The notes under the pieces: generated by a model
Database searches by the model: none
Told to the model about the DNA's origin: nothing
Seen by the model: only the letters and a program-made list of their open reading frames with translations
DNA from: Candidatus Heimdallarchaeota archaeon
GTDB lineage: Archaea > Asgardarchaeota > Heimdallarchaeia > Hodarchaeales > Hodarchaeaceae
Direction: 5' to 3'
Length of the DNA stretch: 64,000 nucleotides
Assembly (NCBI GenBank): GCA_011364965.1
Contig: RDOB01000001.1
Coordinates: forward strand, 128,001-192,000
Position numbers and translations under genes: made by a program
Shown here: piece after piece, positions 62,513 through 64,000 of the stretch
Position numbering within the stretch: position 1 is the first letter of the stretch
How the letters are laid out: each line of letters opens with the position of its first letter

Positions 62513-62836
62513 TTATTTTATATCTAGAGCTGTTTTTGTAAATAAGTTAAAACCACCATGAATGACTGGTATAAAGGAAATCATTGTGTTAGCATCGATT
62601 TTAGTATTAATACCATCCAAAGCAGATATTTCTTGGTCATTGATGAAAATTAATAAAGATCGTTTTAATTCAAGGTTATCAGATAAATACTGTCGAAGTA
62701 ATTGAAACTCTTGTTTGAGAAGAAGTTCACTTAATAGATCTTTCAGAGTATGATTTGCATTTGACAATGAATATTCAATACTTTGTTGTTTGAAGTCATA
62801 TTGGAGCGAACCAAGGAACTTTAATTTAACTTTCAT
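62513..62836 (-). CDS. Urm1/SAMP-like ubiquitin-fold protein with a 12-aa extension after the diglycine
   Basis: LKFLGSL, LIFIND, FIPVIHGG followed by FNLFTKTALDIK. Confidence 0.85.
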   Translation of the reverse strand: MKVKLKFLGSLQYDFKQQSIEYSLSNANHTLKDLLSELLLKQEFQLLRQYLSDNLELKRSLLIFINDQEISALDGINTKIDANTMISFIPVIHGGFNLFTKTALDIK

Positions 62837-62860
62837 AATAACATCAATTCAGGAGAGACA

Positions 62861-62974
62861 TGCGCCGACCGGGATTTTCAGTTGAAAGGATAACTGAAAG
62901 TAAAACCCTTCACCATTTGAACCCGAGTTACCAGCTTGGGAGGCTGGAGTCTTACCAGACTGGACCATCGGCGC
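62861..62974 (-). tRNA. tRNA-Gly(CCC) with a T-loop intron (59/60: 62875-62915)
   Basis: GCGCCGA/TCGGCGC acceptor stem; CCAGC-CTCCCAA-GCTGG; BHB with TTCA/TGAA helix and two AAT bulges. Confidence 0.92.
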
Positions 62975-63050
62975 AAAATAGTGCAAAAAACTACTGATTT
63001 TAGTTGATTTAAATAATCTACGGTGCATTCAACGATTTCAATTTTCCCGT

Positions 63051-63794
63051 TTAGCGAAACACATCGGTTTGTCGATCTCGATTTAAATCCATTGCAGATG
63101 AATCTGCATGAATAAATTCTACTCCTCGTACAATAATAACTGGTGTTCCTTCCCCTGCCTGTCCCATCACGAGACCTGCTGCTGCTGCAATTTCATCCGC
63201 TCTTGCGACAAATGTAGATTTCAATTGATATCCATAGAGGTCTTTTCTTCCTCTGAAATCTTCTATTGGCATAATTCCAGCTAAACCAATAGCCACATTC
63301 ACTGTGCCAACTCTCAGCGGTCTACCAAATGTATCACTTATAATGACAGCTACATCTTTGCCTAGGTTTTCGAATATAATTCCTTTAATCTTCCTAGCAG
63401 ATAAATCAGGATCATCAGGTAATGAAATTACCGTTTCTCCAGGAGAATTAGATTTATCAATCCCACCATTGGCGCAAACAAATCCGTGTTTTGTTGCAGT
63501 AATTAAAAGTCGCTCATTCATTCTTACTATTTCATTACTCTCTCTAAGTATAACCTCAATTTTACGAGGATCCTTATTTTGAATTTTACCAATATTTATT
63601 GCTAAATTACTAGGTTCGATCTCATTAAGATCAAATATTTTGTTTTCTGCCTTAGAAATCACTGTATGAGCAATAACTATGATATCATTATCTTTTAAGG
63701 ATATTTTCTTTAATTCTTCAGTCAAAATCTTATTGAAATCATCTCCAGGATTAATAATTGGGAAATTAAGCAATGGAAAAATCATAATTCTCAT
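63051..63794 (-). CDS. cofE: Coenzyme F420-0:L-glutamate ligase
   Basis: SKAE, CANGGIDKSN, LPDDPDLSA, DTFGRPLR, DEIAAAA, GQAGEG. Confidence 0.92.
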   Translation of the reverse strand: MRIMIFPLLNFPIINPGDDFNKILTEELKKISLKDNDIIVIAHTVISKAENKIFDLNEIEPSNLAINIGKIQNKDPRKIEVILRESNEIVRMNERLLITATKHGFVCANGGIDKSNSPGETVISLPDDPDLSARKIKGIIFENLGKDVAVIISDTFGRPLRVGTVNVAIGLAGIMPIEDFRGRKDLYGYQLKSTFVARADEIAAAAGLVMGQAGEGTPVIIVRGVEFIHADSSAMDLNRDRQTDVFR

Positions 63795-64000
63795 TTTAAA
63801 TCATTCTCTTTTATCTAAAGGATATTATATGATGCCTCAGACCGCTCATCGATCATCAAATCTAGTTTCAGTTACCTAAAGGTATCATCATTGGCATAGA
63901 TCATAAATACAAAATAATCTGAGTTATATCATTTAATCTTAAATTCCGAACTCTGAAGGCCGAGTTTTGATCTGCTGAGTTAAATCTTCGAGTAATTTTC

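Noticed and set aside
1132-63879. Numerous short antisense or alternate-frame ORFs in the ORF track
   Set aside because: They lie inside well-supported genes and show no independent coding signal.

Overview
AT-rich, gene-dense window from an archaeal chromosome, most likely an Asgard archaeon of the Heimdallarchaeia/Hodarchaeales type. This is inferred from an ARPC4-like protein, eL22- and eL38-like ribosomal proteins, roadblock and longin-like domains, an SNM1-like nuclease and a Urm1-like modifier. Most of it is core genome: the proteasome-exosome superoperon (psmA, SBDS, rrp4/41/42, eL43, Brix, Pcc1, prefoldin), cdc48, lonB, ftsZ, dnaG, histone, pelota, eIF5A, EF-1beta, cofactor enzymes and six tRNA genes, five of which carry bulge-helix-bulge (BHB) introns at non-canonical sites. 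The most striking observation is a stand-alone 5S rRNA gene that is circularly permuted (9386-9506, minus strand). Its 3' half precedes its 5' half, the normal ends are joined by a 2-nt linker, and the gene sits in a long processing stem with a BHB-like motif. Cutting that motif at the standard positions and ligating would rebuild the conserved CCGAACCCGGAAGUUAAG junction and give a 121-nt circular 5S rRNA. Other points of interest are an unexplained ~370-nt pseudoknotted candidate ncRNA after dnaG, probable near-cognate start codons (AUU for psmA, ACG for pth2), a HerA-longin fusion facing a membrane protein-longin fusion, and a surface-protein cluster with a membrane-anchored regulator and a candidate operator. 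No mobile elements or CRISPR arrays were seen. All calls are by eye, without database searches.
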